DNA from: Prochlorococcus sp. AG-363-P15
GTDB taxonomy: Bacteria > Cyanobacteriota > Cyanobacteriia > PCC-6307 > Cyanobiaceae
Assembly: GCA_003278175.1 (NCBI GenBank)
Contig: QCGF01000001.1
Location: 16,307-80,306, forward strand
Direction of reading: 5' to 3'
Length of the DNA stretch: 64,000 nt
A model generated the notes under the pieces. It was not told the DNA's origin. It did no database searches and worked only from the letters and a program-made list of their open reading frames with translations. Position numbers and translations under genes: made by a program. Numbering within the stretch: position 1 is the stretch's first letter; every line of letters starts with the position of its first letter. Below are positions 10,772 through 19,622 of this stretch, one piece after another.

Positions 10772-10807
10772 CCACTATATGTGGTGCCTTGCCACTACAT
10801 ATAGTGT
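10772..10807. promoter_or_regulatory. Tandem NrdR-box-like operators
   Basis: CCACTATATGTGGTGC (10772-10787) and CCACTACATATAGTGT (10792-10807), 20 bp apart, both matching the consensus acaCwAtATaTwGtgt. Confidence 0.7.
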
Positions 10808-10864
10808 TTTCCTGACTTATAAACATCAATTGTTGTAAGTCTCAATCGACAATTTCAATCATTT

Positions 10865-11389
10865 TTAAAGGCTTAGTACTTTCATTTGTACAAGCCGTTT
10901 AAGTAGATCTTCAATTGACTCATCTTTTGCGGGTTTGTTGTGATTACTTATTAGTTGGCGTCCAACGACTTGAGCCCCTAAATGAGTGAGTTGTATTCGC
11001 ATTGATAAAAGCAACTCCATACCTCCTCCTCCGGAAAAAGTAGCTATTGCTATTGGTCGACCATTAAATAAGGTTCTGAAGTCATTTTCTTGGACTGATA
11101 GCCAGGCAAGTGCACTAGTAAAAACAGGTGGGATTGATCCGTTGTATTCAGGTGCACAAATTACCCAATGAGGAATGGATCTCATTTTTATAGATAAGGA
11201 TTTTACGAGAGGAGGAATACCTTCTTTCTTATGAATTCGCGGGTTGTACAAGGGTAAATCAAGACTTGTTAAATCGAGGAGCTCCATTTCCTTGCCGAGA
11301 TTGCTTCCTATTTGTATAAAGCGCTTTGCCAACTTAAGATTTTCACCATTACTTGCAGTGATAATTAGCAGATCTTTTTGTGAAGTCAT
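10865..11389 (-). CDS. NADPH-dependent FMN reductase
   Basis: Flavodoxin-like fold with 'APEYNGSIPP' motif; downstream of the flv genes. Confidence 0.9.
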   Translation of the reverse strand: MTSQKDLLIITASNGENLKLAKRFIQIGSNLGKEMELLDLTSLDLPLYNPRIHKKEGIPPLVKSLSIKMRSIPHWVICAPEYNGSIPPVFTSALAWLSVQENDFRTLFNGRPIAIATFSGGGGMELLLSMRIQLTHLGAQVVGRQLISNHNKPAKDESIEDLLKRLVQMKVLSL

Positions 11390-11434
11390 TTTGAGTTTAT
11401 CTATCAGAGTAATTGATTTTGGATTGAGAAGTTT

Positions 11435-13285
11435 TTAATAATTTGCGCCAGTACGTCGATGATGTACGGCGGTTTTGCTGTTGAGATCTAGGACCTTTCC
11501 ATTGGTGACTTCTGCATATATAAGCCAATGATCCCCACACTCCATACGATGTTTTACACATCCTTCTAGCCATGCTAATGCTTCGGGCAGTATTGGCTGG
11601 GCTTGTGGACTTTTGAGGAGCGTGAGGCCTGAAAATCGGTCTGCACCTGGTTCAAATGCCTGCAGGAATTTTTTCATCAGTTTGTTGTGTTTCCCAGCCG
11701 CGAGCACATTTAGTGCGAAATAATCCCCGTTATGTAGTAATGCACCTACAGCACGGTCTTTGGCTACTGCAATACTGAGGCCTGGCGGATTGAAACTTGC
11801 TTGATTCACCCAACTAGCGACCATTGCTCCATTTAATGTTTCTTCTCCACTTTCCTTACTAGCTGTTAATACACATAAGGAGCCAATAACTCTTCCTAAT
11901 GCGAGGATCGAGGGATCACTACGACTACTGCTCATCCCTTCAGTTGAACGACGCTGTTGGCGAATTTGTATTTTGAGTAGGTTTCTGCCAAATTGTGTTC
12001 CAGTTTCTTCGAGAGTTTTGATTAATGATGCATCTGGAGTGAACTTTACTTTGATTGGCTTAAATCCAAACTTGAAGCCACCATCACGAAGTTTGTTCTC
12101 TAGTAGATCAATAGCTTCTCCGCTCCAGCCATAACTTCCAAAAATACCTATTGGATTGTCTCTATTACCTTCCGCAAGTAACGTGCCCAAAGCAGAAACG
12201 ATTGGTGTAGGGGCATGTCCTCCAAGTGTTGGTGAGCCTATTAGATATGCATCAGCTTTTTGAATTGCTGAAATGAGTTCATTTGCATTTGTAAACTCGC
12301 AGTTTATAGCTTGCACTTGAACACCAGTTCTGCGAATTCCATTAGCGAGAGCATCAGCAATTGCTGCTGTATTTCCATACGCACTGGCAAATAAAAGAAT
12401 TACTTTGATGAATGCTTGCTGTTGCCCTTCTCCCCATTTGCGGTAATCATTTAACAAACTACGCCAACTTGTCTCTATTGCTGGGCCATGACCTGGTGCA
12501 ATCGTTTTGATATCCAGCTCTTCTAGCCTATCGATAATGCTAGATACTTGGCCTTCCATCGTTGCCATTAAAGAGTCATAGAAATGTCGCCTCTCTTCCT
12601 CTGTGCTACTTCTAGTGGCCTCAGCCCAATTACTCGTGCAAATATGGGCAGCAAAAAGCTTATCGCTCATTAATAGACCTAGCTCTTCTTCAAATGCAAG
12701 TAGACATCCTGGCCAACGGGGTGTAGGGGCTGGGATTAATTTTAATTGATAGTTGGAACCGATTTGCATGTTTTGTTCTTGCCGTATGACATTTATGCTT
12801 GGGATAGGAATTTCTTCATTTTGATTCTCTTGGCTTGTTGTTGCTGATGTGGGTTTGCGTTGACTCCACAACTCTTTCAGTAACTTTGCACCTGGATTGG
12901 AACTAATTAATTCAAGGTTCGGATAGATTCCTTGTAATTGCTTTAAAAATTTGACTCTGTTGGGATTCACATGCCCAACGACTACTTTGATTCGAATAGT
13001 GCTATCTGGTAAGCAAGTTGTGAGACTTGGTAGAAATACTTCTGAATAAATAGCTCCTGGTGGATGAACAAGTACAGCTTCCTGTTGCTCATCTCTAGAG
13101 AGCTTGTCATTGGTGAAAAGGAAACTGTTATCTGTACTACCCTTTTCAAGGGCATATTCCAATTCAAAGCGTATACGCTTGCTAGTAAGGCTACGCAAAC
13201 TGATAAGTCCAGATTCTATTGGAATGGTTATTACTTGTAAATTTGTGGATGTAGGTTTTTGCATAGAATTAAAAGTGCTTTGCAT
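11435..13285 (-). CDS. flv1: Flavodiiron protein, Flv1 type (non-canonical iron site)
   Basis: Beta-lactamase-like domain with GHVNPNR, flavodoxin domain ASAYGNT, C-terminal flavin reductase domain. Confidence 0.9.
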   Translation of the reverse strand: MQSTFNSMQKPTSTNLQVITIPIESGLISLRSLTSKRIRFELEYALEKGSTDNSFLFTNDKLSRDEQQEAVLVHPPGAIYSEVFLPSLTTCLPDSTIRIKVVVGHVNPNRVKFLKQLQGIYPNLELISSNPGAKLLKELWSQRKPTSATTSQENQNEEIPIPSINVIRQEQNMQIGSNYQLKLIPAPTPRWPGCLLAFEEELGLLMSDKLFAAHICTSNWAEATRSSTEEERRHFYDSLMATMEGQVSSIIDRLEELDIKTIAPGHGPAIETSWRSLLNDYRKWGEGQQQAFIKVILLFASAYGNTAAIADALANGIRRTGVQVQAINCEFTNANELISAIQKADAYLIGSPTLGGHAPTPIVSALGTLLAEGNRDNPIGIFGSYGWSGEAIDLLENKLRDGGFKFGFKPIKVKFTPDASLIKTLEETGTQFGRNLLKIQIRQQRRSTEGMSSSRSDPSILALGRVIGSLCVLTASKESGEETLNGAMVASWVNQASFNPPGLSIAVAKDRAVGALLHNGDYFALNVLAAGKHNKLMKKFLQAFEPGADRFSGLTLLKSPQAQPILPEALAWLEGCVKHRMECGDHWLIYAEVTNGKVLDLNSKTAVHHRRTGANY

Positions 13286-15057
13286 TAGTAGTGATTACCA
13301 ACTTTTCGGTGATGTACTGCTGTCAAGCCTTCTGTATCTGCCACATTTCCTTGCTCGACAATTCCATAGATAATCCAATGATCAGGACCTTCAAGACGTT
13401 GTGCGACACGACAGTCGAGAAAAGCTAGAGCATCAGTCAACACGGGTCCTCCTTTCGCAACATCTTCGAGGATATTTATTCCAGAAAAACGATCGGCGCC
13501 AGGAGGGAAGCGTTTAAGGAAATGTCGAAGTAAAGTTTGATAGTTATCTTCTTTGAGAATATTGACGACAAAATGATCATCAATTTGCATCAAGGTTTCA
13601 ATTGCTCTATCTTTTGCGACCGCCACAGTTAATCCAGGAGGCTTAAAACTGGCTTGACTTACCCAGCTTGCAATCATTGCACTGCTTCGCTTGCTTATTC
13701 CTTTTCCTTGGCTGGCTGTTACAACGTATAACCCTCCACTGAGTCGACCTAACGCTTTATCTAAATCTCCATCGAGGCTTTTCATGGCAGCGATACTTTT
13801 TTTCTTGTTAAGTATTTGTCCTAAGTCGGTACCTGCTTCTTCAAAACGTTGATATATATTGCCATCCGGGACTTGCTTAACGCGTAGTGGGGAGAATGCT
13901 TCTTTCTGACCAAGACTTCGTAGTTGACTGGCTACTGTATCGATGGGTTCATCATTCCCTCCGAATGCGTCATAAACGGCTACCCATTGCTTTTGATTCA
14001 GGCCTGCTAAAAGTGTTCCGATAGAATTTGTGATTTCTGCATCTGCCTTGCTTGGCCATGTTGGCACAATAATTGCCTCAGCCCCACTGATTAGAGCGCT
14101 CAGCTCCTGGGTGTCAGTTGCTCGTAGATCTACAAGTTGTACTTCTGCATCGGCCTTGTTAATTCCATGTGCAATGGCTTGGCTAAGGCTATCGCAGAAC
14201 CCATATTGACTTAAATAACATACGGCGACATAACGTTCACCTTTACTTTTTTGCTTGCTCCAATCTCGATAGTTAGTTATCCATAGGTTTAGATGATTGC
14301 GTAAGAGAGGACCATGACCTACTGCTATTGTGTTAATGGTGGGTAAATTGTCTATACGTTTTAGTGCCTGTAAAACACTTCTCGCATTTGGCCCCATAAG
14401 GCAATCGTAATAAAATCTAAAATCTGGTGCAATTGCCTCGGAATCATCATCAAAGGTTTGATCTGAGCAGTAATGAAGACCAAATGCATCACATGTATAG
14501 AGAATGCCAGTGCCATGATCGAATGAAAAAATTGTATCTGGCCAATGAAGGTTTGGTGCACTTAGGAATTCAAACTTGTGATTGATGTTGCTGTACGGAT
14601 TTATTCCAAGATCAAGAGTATGACCACTTTTTACAGGGATTGATTTAAAGTCACGATGTACTTGACTTTCCAGGAATTGTATTGCAACTTTTGAGGCTAC
14701 GATTTGTATTTGAGGATTGAGATTTAGAACATTACCAATTAGGCCTGAATGGTCAGGTTCGGTATGACTGACGATTAGGTAATCAATTTCTTTGGGGTCA
14801 ATATTTTCTTCGAGCAGAGACAACCAATCTTTTTCGAATTTGATATGGCTCGTGTCAATGAGTGCACTTTTTTTTCCTCTTATTAAGAAACTATTGTATG
14901 TAGTCCCATTTCGTAGGCCAAATTCAATATCAAAACGACTCCGATCCCAATCAAGAGAACGAATTGTAGTTGTATCAGTGCCAATGGCTGTACTTTGCAA
15001 TGACAACCTTGGATGTTTTGTTGTTGTAATTGTGGTGCTTGGTTTCATAGATGTCAT
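13285..15057 (-). CDS. flv3: Flavodiiron protein, Flv3 type
   Basis: Canonical SHTEPDH, HWPD, CDAFG and GHG di-iron motifs, then flavodoxin and flavin reductase domains. Confidence 0.92.
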   Translation of the reverse strand: MTSMKPSTTITTTKHPRLSLQSTAIGTDTTTIRSLDWDRSRFDIEFGLRNGTTYNSFLIRGKKSALIDTSHIKFEKDWLSLLEENIDPKEIDYLIVSHTEPDHSGLIGNVLNLNPQIQIVASKVAIQFLESQVHRDFKSIPVKSGHTLDLGINPYSNINHKFEFLSAPNLHWPDTIFSFDHGTGILYTCDAFGLHYCSDQTFDDDSEAIAPDFRFYYDCLMGPNARSVLQALKRIDNLPTINTIAVGHGPLLRNHLNLWITNYRDWSKQKSKGERYVAVCYLSQYGFCDSLSQAIAHGINKADAEVQLVDLRATDTQELSALISGAEAIIVPTWPSKADAEITNSIGTLLAGLNQKQWVAVYDAFGGNDEPIDTVASQLRSLGQKEAFSPLRVKQVPDGNIYQRFEEAGTDLGQILNKKKSIAAMKSLDGDLDKALGRLSGGLYVVTASQGKGISKRSSAMIASWVSQASFKPPGLTVAVAKDRAIETLMQIDDHFVVNILKEDNYQTLLRHFLKRFPPGADRFSGINILEDVAKGGPVLTDALAFLDCRVAQRLEGPDHWIIYGIVEQGNVADTEGLTAVHHRKVGNHY

Positions 15058-15118
15058 GTAATGTTTCTCTCAATGTTCTGACTGTACGAAGGGGATTTTG
15101 TGGTTTGTGAGTCTTGGT

Positions 15119-16489
15119 TCAAGTCCAGGACATATTTGGTAGCCAGTTTACGAGAGCTGGAGCCACGATGATTAGGCATAAAACGGTGATTTGGAGAGCC
15201 ACGAACGGTAATGCACCCATATAGATTTCTTTAGTCGTAATTGTTTTTGGTGCGACTCCTCTGAGATAAAAAAGAGCAAAGCCAAATGGTGGTGTCAGGA
15301 AGGATGTTTGAAGATTTGCCCCAATCACGACTCCTAGCCAGAGAAGAGCGTCTGGTCCAAGGAGTTGGCGAGCTGTGGGAAGAAGAAGAGGTACTGCTAT
15401 GAAAGCGATTTCAAAGAAGTCAATAAAAAAACCTAAAAAGAAAATAATCAACATGCTGAAGGCTAAAAATCCGACTTTTCCACCTGGAAGGTTCAACAAA
15501 AGATTTGCTATGAGTTCATCACCACCTATGCCTCTAAAAACTAAACTAAATGCTGTTGATCCAAGTAAAATTGCCATCACCATTGACGTTGTTCGTAGAG
15601 TTTCATCGCAAACTTTTGAGAGGGCTTTGCGACTAAAACCTCCATTATTAGCTGCTAGCCCCATTGCACCAACAGCACCTAATGTTCCTGCTTCGGTTGG
15701 AGTTGCGATTCCAAAAAAGATGCTTCCAAGTACCAGTAAGATCAGGCCTAGTGGAGGAATCATTATTTGCATCAGCTTTATCAGTTGAAGTGGTTTGAGA
15801 TCAACTGAATTTTGTTGGGGGGCAAGTTCAGGTTTTAGAGAGCTAATTATTAGTACGTAGATAGCAAATGCACTGGCCATCAATATCCCTGGGATTAGAG
15901 AACCTAGGAAAAGGTCACCGACTGAGATTCCAAGTTGGTCTCCAAGGACTACTAAAACAATGCTGGGTGGAATGATTTGTCCAAGTGTTCCTGATGCTGC
16001 AATGACTCCTGTTGCGAGAGATTTGTCATAACCTGCTCTTAACATGGCTGGCAGAGAGATTAATCCCATGGTGGTAACGGTTGCTGCGACGACACCGGTT
16101 GTTGCTGCTAGCAATGACCCAACAAGTACAACTGCAAGTGCTAATCCTCCGCGGACTCTGCCAAGGAGTTGACCCATGCTTTCTAATAGTCTTTCTGCAA
16201 TGCCAGAAATTTCTAGCATTGCTCCCATGAAGATAAAGGCAGGTATAGCAAGCAATGTGAAGTTGGCCATTATCCCCATTATTCTTTGGGGTAGTGCAGT
16301 GACAAAAACGGGGTCAATTTCTCCTAACAGCATTCCAATTAACGAAAAGAAGACTGCTATACCCCCTAAACAAAACGCCACTGGATAGCCACTTAAAAGA
16401 ACTATTACCAGTGCTAAAAACATGCTTGGCCCAAGGAACAAGGTTGGATTGAAGGTGATTACATACCCAAGTAATTCAATCTCAATCAA
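15119..16489 (-). CDS. dctM: TRAP transporter large permease (DctM family)
   Basis: About 12 TM segments; GTLGQIIPPS, GIATPTEAG and LTPPFG. Confidence 0.92.
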   Translation of the reverse strand: MIEIELLGYVITFNPTLFLGPSMFLALVIVLLSGYPVAFCLGGIAVFFSLIGMLLGEIDPVFVTALPQRIMGIMANFTLLAIPAFIFMGAMLEISGIAERLLESMGQLLGRVRGGLALAVVLVGSLLAATTGVVAATVTTMGLISLPAMLRAGYDKSLATGVIAASGTLGQIIPPSIVLVVLGDQLGISVGDLFLGSLIPGILMASAFAIYVLIISSLKPELAPQQNSVDLKPLQLIKLMQIMIPPLGLILLVLGSIFFGIATPTEAGTLGAVGAMGLAANNGGFSRKALSKVCDETLRTTSMVMAILLGSTAFSLVFRGIGGDELIANLLLNLPGGKVGFLAFSMLIIFFLGFFIDFFEIAFIAVPLLLPTARQLLGPDALLWLGVVIGANLQTSFLTPPFGFALFYLRGVAPKTITTKEIYMGALPFVALQITVLCLIIVAPALVNWLPNMSWT

Positions 16490-17093
16490 GGCGATTCTCC
16501 TTGTAATTGCTATCTTGTGATTCTTGGGATAATAAAGATCCTTTGAGTTCTGACGCCTTTTGAATTGCTTCAGAGATTCCTTGGAGAGCTAATAAAAGGA
16601 AACCGATTGGAATAAGACTTTTGATCCAATAGCGTGGCAATCCATGTGGATCTGGAGAGGCTTCACCAATTAGCCAGGAGAGAAGAGTGGGTTCTATTGA
16701 GATGGCCATTACTCCAATTGCAAAAGGCAATAACAAGAAAATTGTCCCTAATAATTCGATCTTTGCTTTGCGTCTGCTGCTCCAATTACTTTGAAGTACA
16801 TCTACACGAACATGGCCTTTGCATTGCAGCGTCCAGCCCAACCCTAATAAGAAAATTACGTCGAATAGATACCATTGAGCTTCAATAAGTCTATTTGAGC
16901 TTAGATTTTGTCCAATAGCTACTCCTAAATATCTGCCAATTACATTCCACAGGCCTAAAATGAGCATTAATAAAACTGCCCAACGAGCCAATATTGCGAA
17001 GGATTTATTGATGTTATTTAGTCGATGTGAAATAGCTATCCAGTACTTCATATTTTTGCTATTGATAAGTAAAGCTTGTGAAAGTGAATTCAT
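16482..17093 (-). CDS. dctQ: TRAP transporter small permease (DctQ family)
   Basis: Four TM segments, EAQWYLF and HVRVD. Likely start is the internal Met of MKYW near 17051. Confidence 0.9.
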   Translation of the reverse strand: MNSLSQALLINSKNMKYWIAISHRLNNINKSFAILARWAVLLMLILGLWNVIGRYLGVAIGQNLSSNRLIEAQWYLFDVIFLLGLGWTLQCKGHVRVDVLQSNWSSRRKAKIELLGTIFLLLPFAIGVMAISIEPTLLSWLIGEASPDPHGLPRYWIKSLIPIGFLLLALQGISEAIQKASELKGSLLSQESQDSNYKENRLD

Positions 17094-18165
17094 TCACTTT
17101 GTTCCATGAAGAAATTTCTTGACGGAATTTCTGCCATTGCTCAAAGAGCTGACGAAAGCCTTGATCTTTTGAAGAAATGTCTGAATAGAGTTGAAAAGCT
17201 GCTGAAGAAGCGGCTGTAAGAATTTGGTTGTCGTAAGGGACTAGCTCTGTACCACCTTTAATAAGCCTTTGTAATGCTGAACCATTGCGTGTGTCATATC
17301 GACTAAGCATTGTCAGATTGGCCTCGTAGCAAGCTGTATTGAAAATTGCTTGATATTCTTTAGGTAGCTTGCCCCATGCTGTTTTGTTGACAAGGGCATT
17401 AAGTGTTGGTCCAGGTTCCCACCAGCCTGGGTAGTAATAGAAACGAGCTGCTCTAGCGAAACCAAGTTTTTCATCATCGTATGGACCGGTCCATTCGGCA
17501 GCGTCAATGGCTCCACGGTCAAGAGCTAGATATACCTCACCCCCTGGGAGAACCTGAACATTGACTCCTAATTGCGACATGACTTCGCCTCCAAAGCCAG
17601 GGATGCGCATTTTTAACCCTTGCAGAGATTGCAATCCTTCAAGCTTTTGCTTAAACCACCCACCCATTTGTGCTCCAGTATTTCCTGCAGGAAAACCGAT
17701 GACTCCAAAATCACCAAAAATTTTATTCATTGCTTCAATTCCACCTGCTTCATATAGCCATGCATTTTGTTGTTGAGCAGTAAGGCCAAAAGGTACAGAG
17801 GTACCAAATGCAAAAGAAGGATTCTTTCCTTTGTAGTAATAGCTTGCGGTATGTCCACACTCTACAGATCCTGCCTGTACAGCATCTAGGACCTCTAGGC
17901 CAGGAACAATTTCTCCTGCCGCATAAGGCTTGATTTGAAACTTTCCACCACTTAAGGCATTAACTCTTTCGCAGATTGTTTCTGCCCCACCAAAAATCGT
18001 ATCTAATGAAATAGGCCAGCTCGTGGCCATACGCCATCTAATTGTTGGAAGTGCATTGACAGTGTTTGCCTCTTCTCTACGAATGGTGCATGAGCTTATT
18101 AAGCTTGTTCCAACTGCAGCTGTAATGGCTGTGGCTCCAGTTTGAAGTAGTTTCCGACGTTGCAT
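17059..18165 (-). CDS. dctP: TRAP substrate-binding protein (DctP/TakP-like, probably 2-oxoacid-binding), lipoprotein
   Basis: Twin-Arg N-terminus, lipobox ISSC, WRMATSWP, GNTGAQMGGWF, KMRIPG and YYPGWWEP. Confidence 0.92.
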   Translation of the reverse strand: MQRRKLLQTGATAITAAVGTSLISSCTIRREEANTVNALPTIRWRMATSWPISLDTIFGGAETICERVNALSGGKFQIKPYAAGEIVPGLEVLDAVQAGSVECGHTASYYYKGKNPSFAFGTSVPFGLTAQQQNAWLYEAGGIEAMNKIFGDFGVIGFPAGNTGAQMGGWFKQKLEGLQSLQGLKMRIPGFGGEVMSQLGVNVQVLPGGEVYLALDRGAIDAAEWTGPYDDEKLGFARAARFYYYPGWWEPGPTLNALVNKTAWGKLPKEYQAIFNTACYEANLTMLSRYDTRNGSALQRLIKGGTELVPYDNQILTAASSAAFQLYSDISSKDQGFRQLFEQWQKFRQEISSWNKVNEFTFTSFTYQ

Positions 18166-18223
18166 GTTGCTCCTATTTTATACATCCTTATCCATTTAAG
18201 TTCTGATTGCCAAAGGAATAGAT

Positions 18224-18715
18224 TTAGCTTTTTTCTTTGTTAAATTTTTCCCACAAGTTGAAAGTGGCAGCTTGACCGTAAATGCACCCCTCTTCATCCC
18301 ATATCGTCCATATACGAACATTTTTGATTATGAAAAGCTCCCCTTTGCGATTAACTCTTATGCCTTGATAATTCTTGATCGCATGATTCTCTCTTGCTTG
18401 GATTAATGCGTATTTACGTTGTTCGTATTCTGTTGTTGGTGCCGTTAATCTTGATGGCATACCAATCATTGTTTCCCAACATCTACCCCAAAGTTGCAAT
18501 GCTGCAGAGTTGGCATAACTTAAACAAGGATCAGTTGTATTATCATGAGCCATTACAGGATAAGGCATTGTGAAGAGGATGGTGCCAGCTTCGTGAGTTG
18601 AATGAAAGTGTTTTGATGTAGTGATTAGATGTTCGCCATAGGCTTGGTAATACGACTTTAAAAGTAGATTTACTATCTTTAACGATTTATCTTTCATCCA
18701 TGGAGCTTTATTCAC
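18224..18715 (-). CDS. MEKHLA-domain (PAS-like) protein
   Basis: 'AHxxxxDPxxxYANxAALxLW..GMPSRLTA..YxGIR..GQAATF'. Confidence 0.88.
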   Translation of the reverse strand: MNKAPWMKDKSLKIVNLLLKSYYQAYGEHLITTSKHFHSTHEAGTILFTMPYPVMAHDNTTDPCLSYANSAALQLWGRCWETMIGMPSRLTAPTTEYEQRKYALIQARENHAIKNYQGIRVNRKGELFIIKNVRIWTIWDEEGCIYGQAATFNLWEKFNKEKS

Positions 18716-19607
18716 CGTCAGTCATGGCTTGAAGCATTGCTTGTTGGGCTAGTTTTGCTCCTTCTTGATGTAAATGATGAAGGAATTTTTGGCGAGCCTC
18801 CTGGAACCGTGGTTCTTCAGCAAGAGGTAGATCTCCAGCAGAATGTAAGCCAGTATCTCCTTCCATGGCTGGGGTGATTACGACTAAATCTGCATTAAGA
18901 TTGCCCTCGTATTGCCACCAAAGACTTGGATCAGCTATAGCTGGATGAGTTAGAGGAATAGAGATATCATCGATAATTGACTCCTGAGAATTGTCATTTT
19001 TCTGCTCCTCTTCTTTTGCAAGGTCTTTGAGGACTTCTCGTCGTTGTTCAGCTAGGTCTTCTAATAATTTTGCTCTAGTACGTCCTCTTAGTTGAAATAG
19101 TACAAAAGGATCTTCACTGAAACGATCCCCCATTAGAAAATAGATTGCACTAATGTGCTTGCAAGGATTCGCTTTGTCGGGGCAATTACATTCGCTACGA
19201 ACTTCTTGCAGTTTAAATGGAAATAATCTACGTCCACTAGCGGCAAAGGCTCTTTCTATATCAGATGGCATGACTCCTGCTAGTAATTGCGCCGACCAAC
19301 GTGCTTTTTGAGTTAATGCTTCAAGTACATATCGCCAATCCTCGTCATTTAATACATCAAGCCATAGCTTTACTTTGTATGGATCTTCTCCAGTTCCTTG
19401 TACCCTTGCATGCACCCTGCGCCCTTCGAAGCGGATTGAGGTAACATTGCCTTCTCTTGCATAGGTCCAGGCTCTTTCGAGTCGTTTTTTAAACCTGTAG
19501 GAATTGATCAGTTCCATCCATTGTTCTACCCACCATGGTTGTTGCCCAAGCCCTTCTTCACTTAGAGCAGTTGTAATTTCGGACTTGGTTTTGGATGAAT
19601 TGGTCAT
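18708..19607 (-). CDS. SWIM zinc-finger protein
   Basis: CxCPD..PCKH motif, 'RLxRAxxYAREGNV' and 'DPFVLFQLRG'. Confidence 0.92.
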   Translation of the reverse strand: MTNSSKTKSEITTALSEEGLGQQPWWVEQWMELINSYRFKKRLERAWTYAREGNVTSIRFEGRRVHARVQGTGEDPYKVKLWLDVLNDEDWRYVLEALTQKARWSAQLLAGVMPSDIERAFAASGRRLFPFKLQEVRSECNCPDKANPCKHISAIYFLMGDRFSEDPFVLFQLRGRTRAKLLEDLAEQRREVLKDLAKEEEQKNDNSQESIIDDISIPLTHPAIADPSLWWQYEGNLNADLVVITPAMEGDTGLHSAGDLPLAEEPRFQEARQKFLHHLHQEGAKLAQQAMLQAMTDGE

Positions 19608-19622
19608 AATTGGATGGATGAC

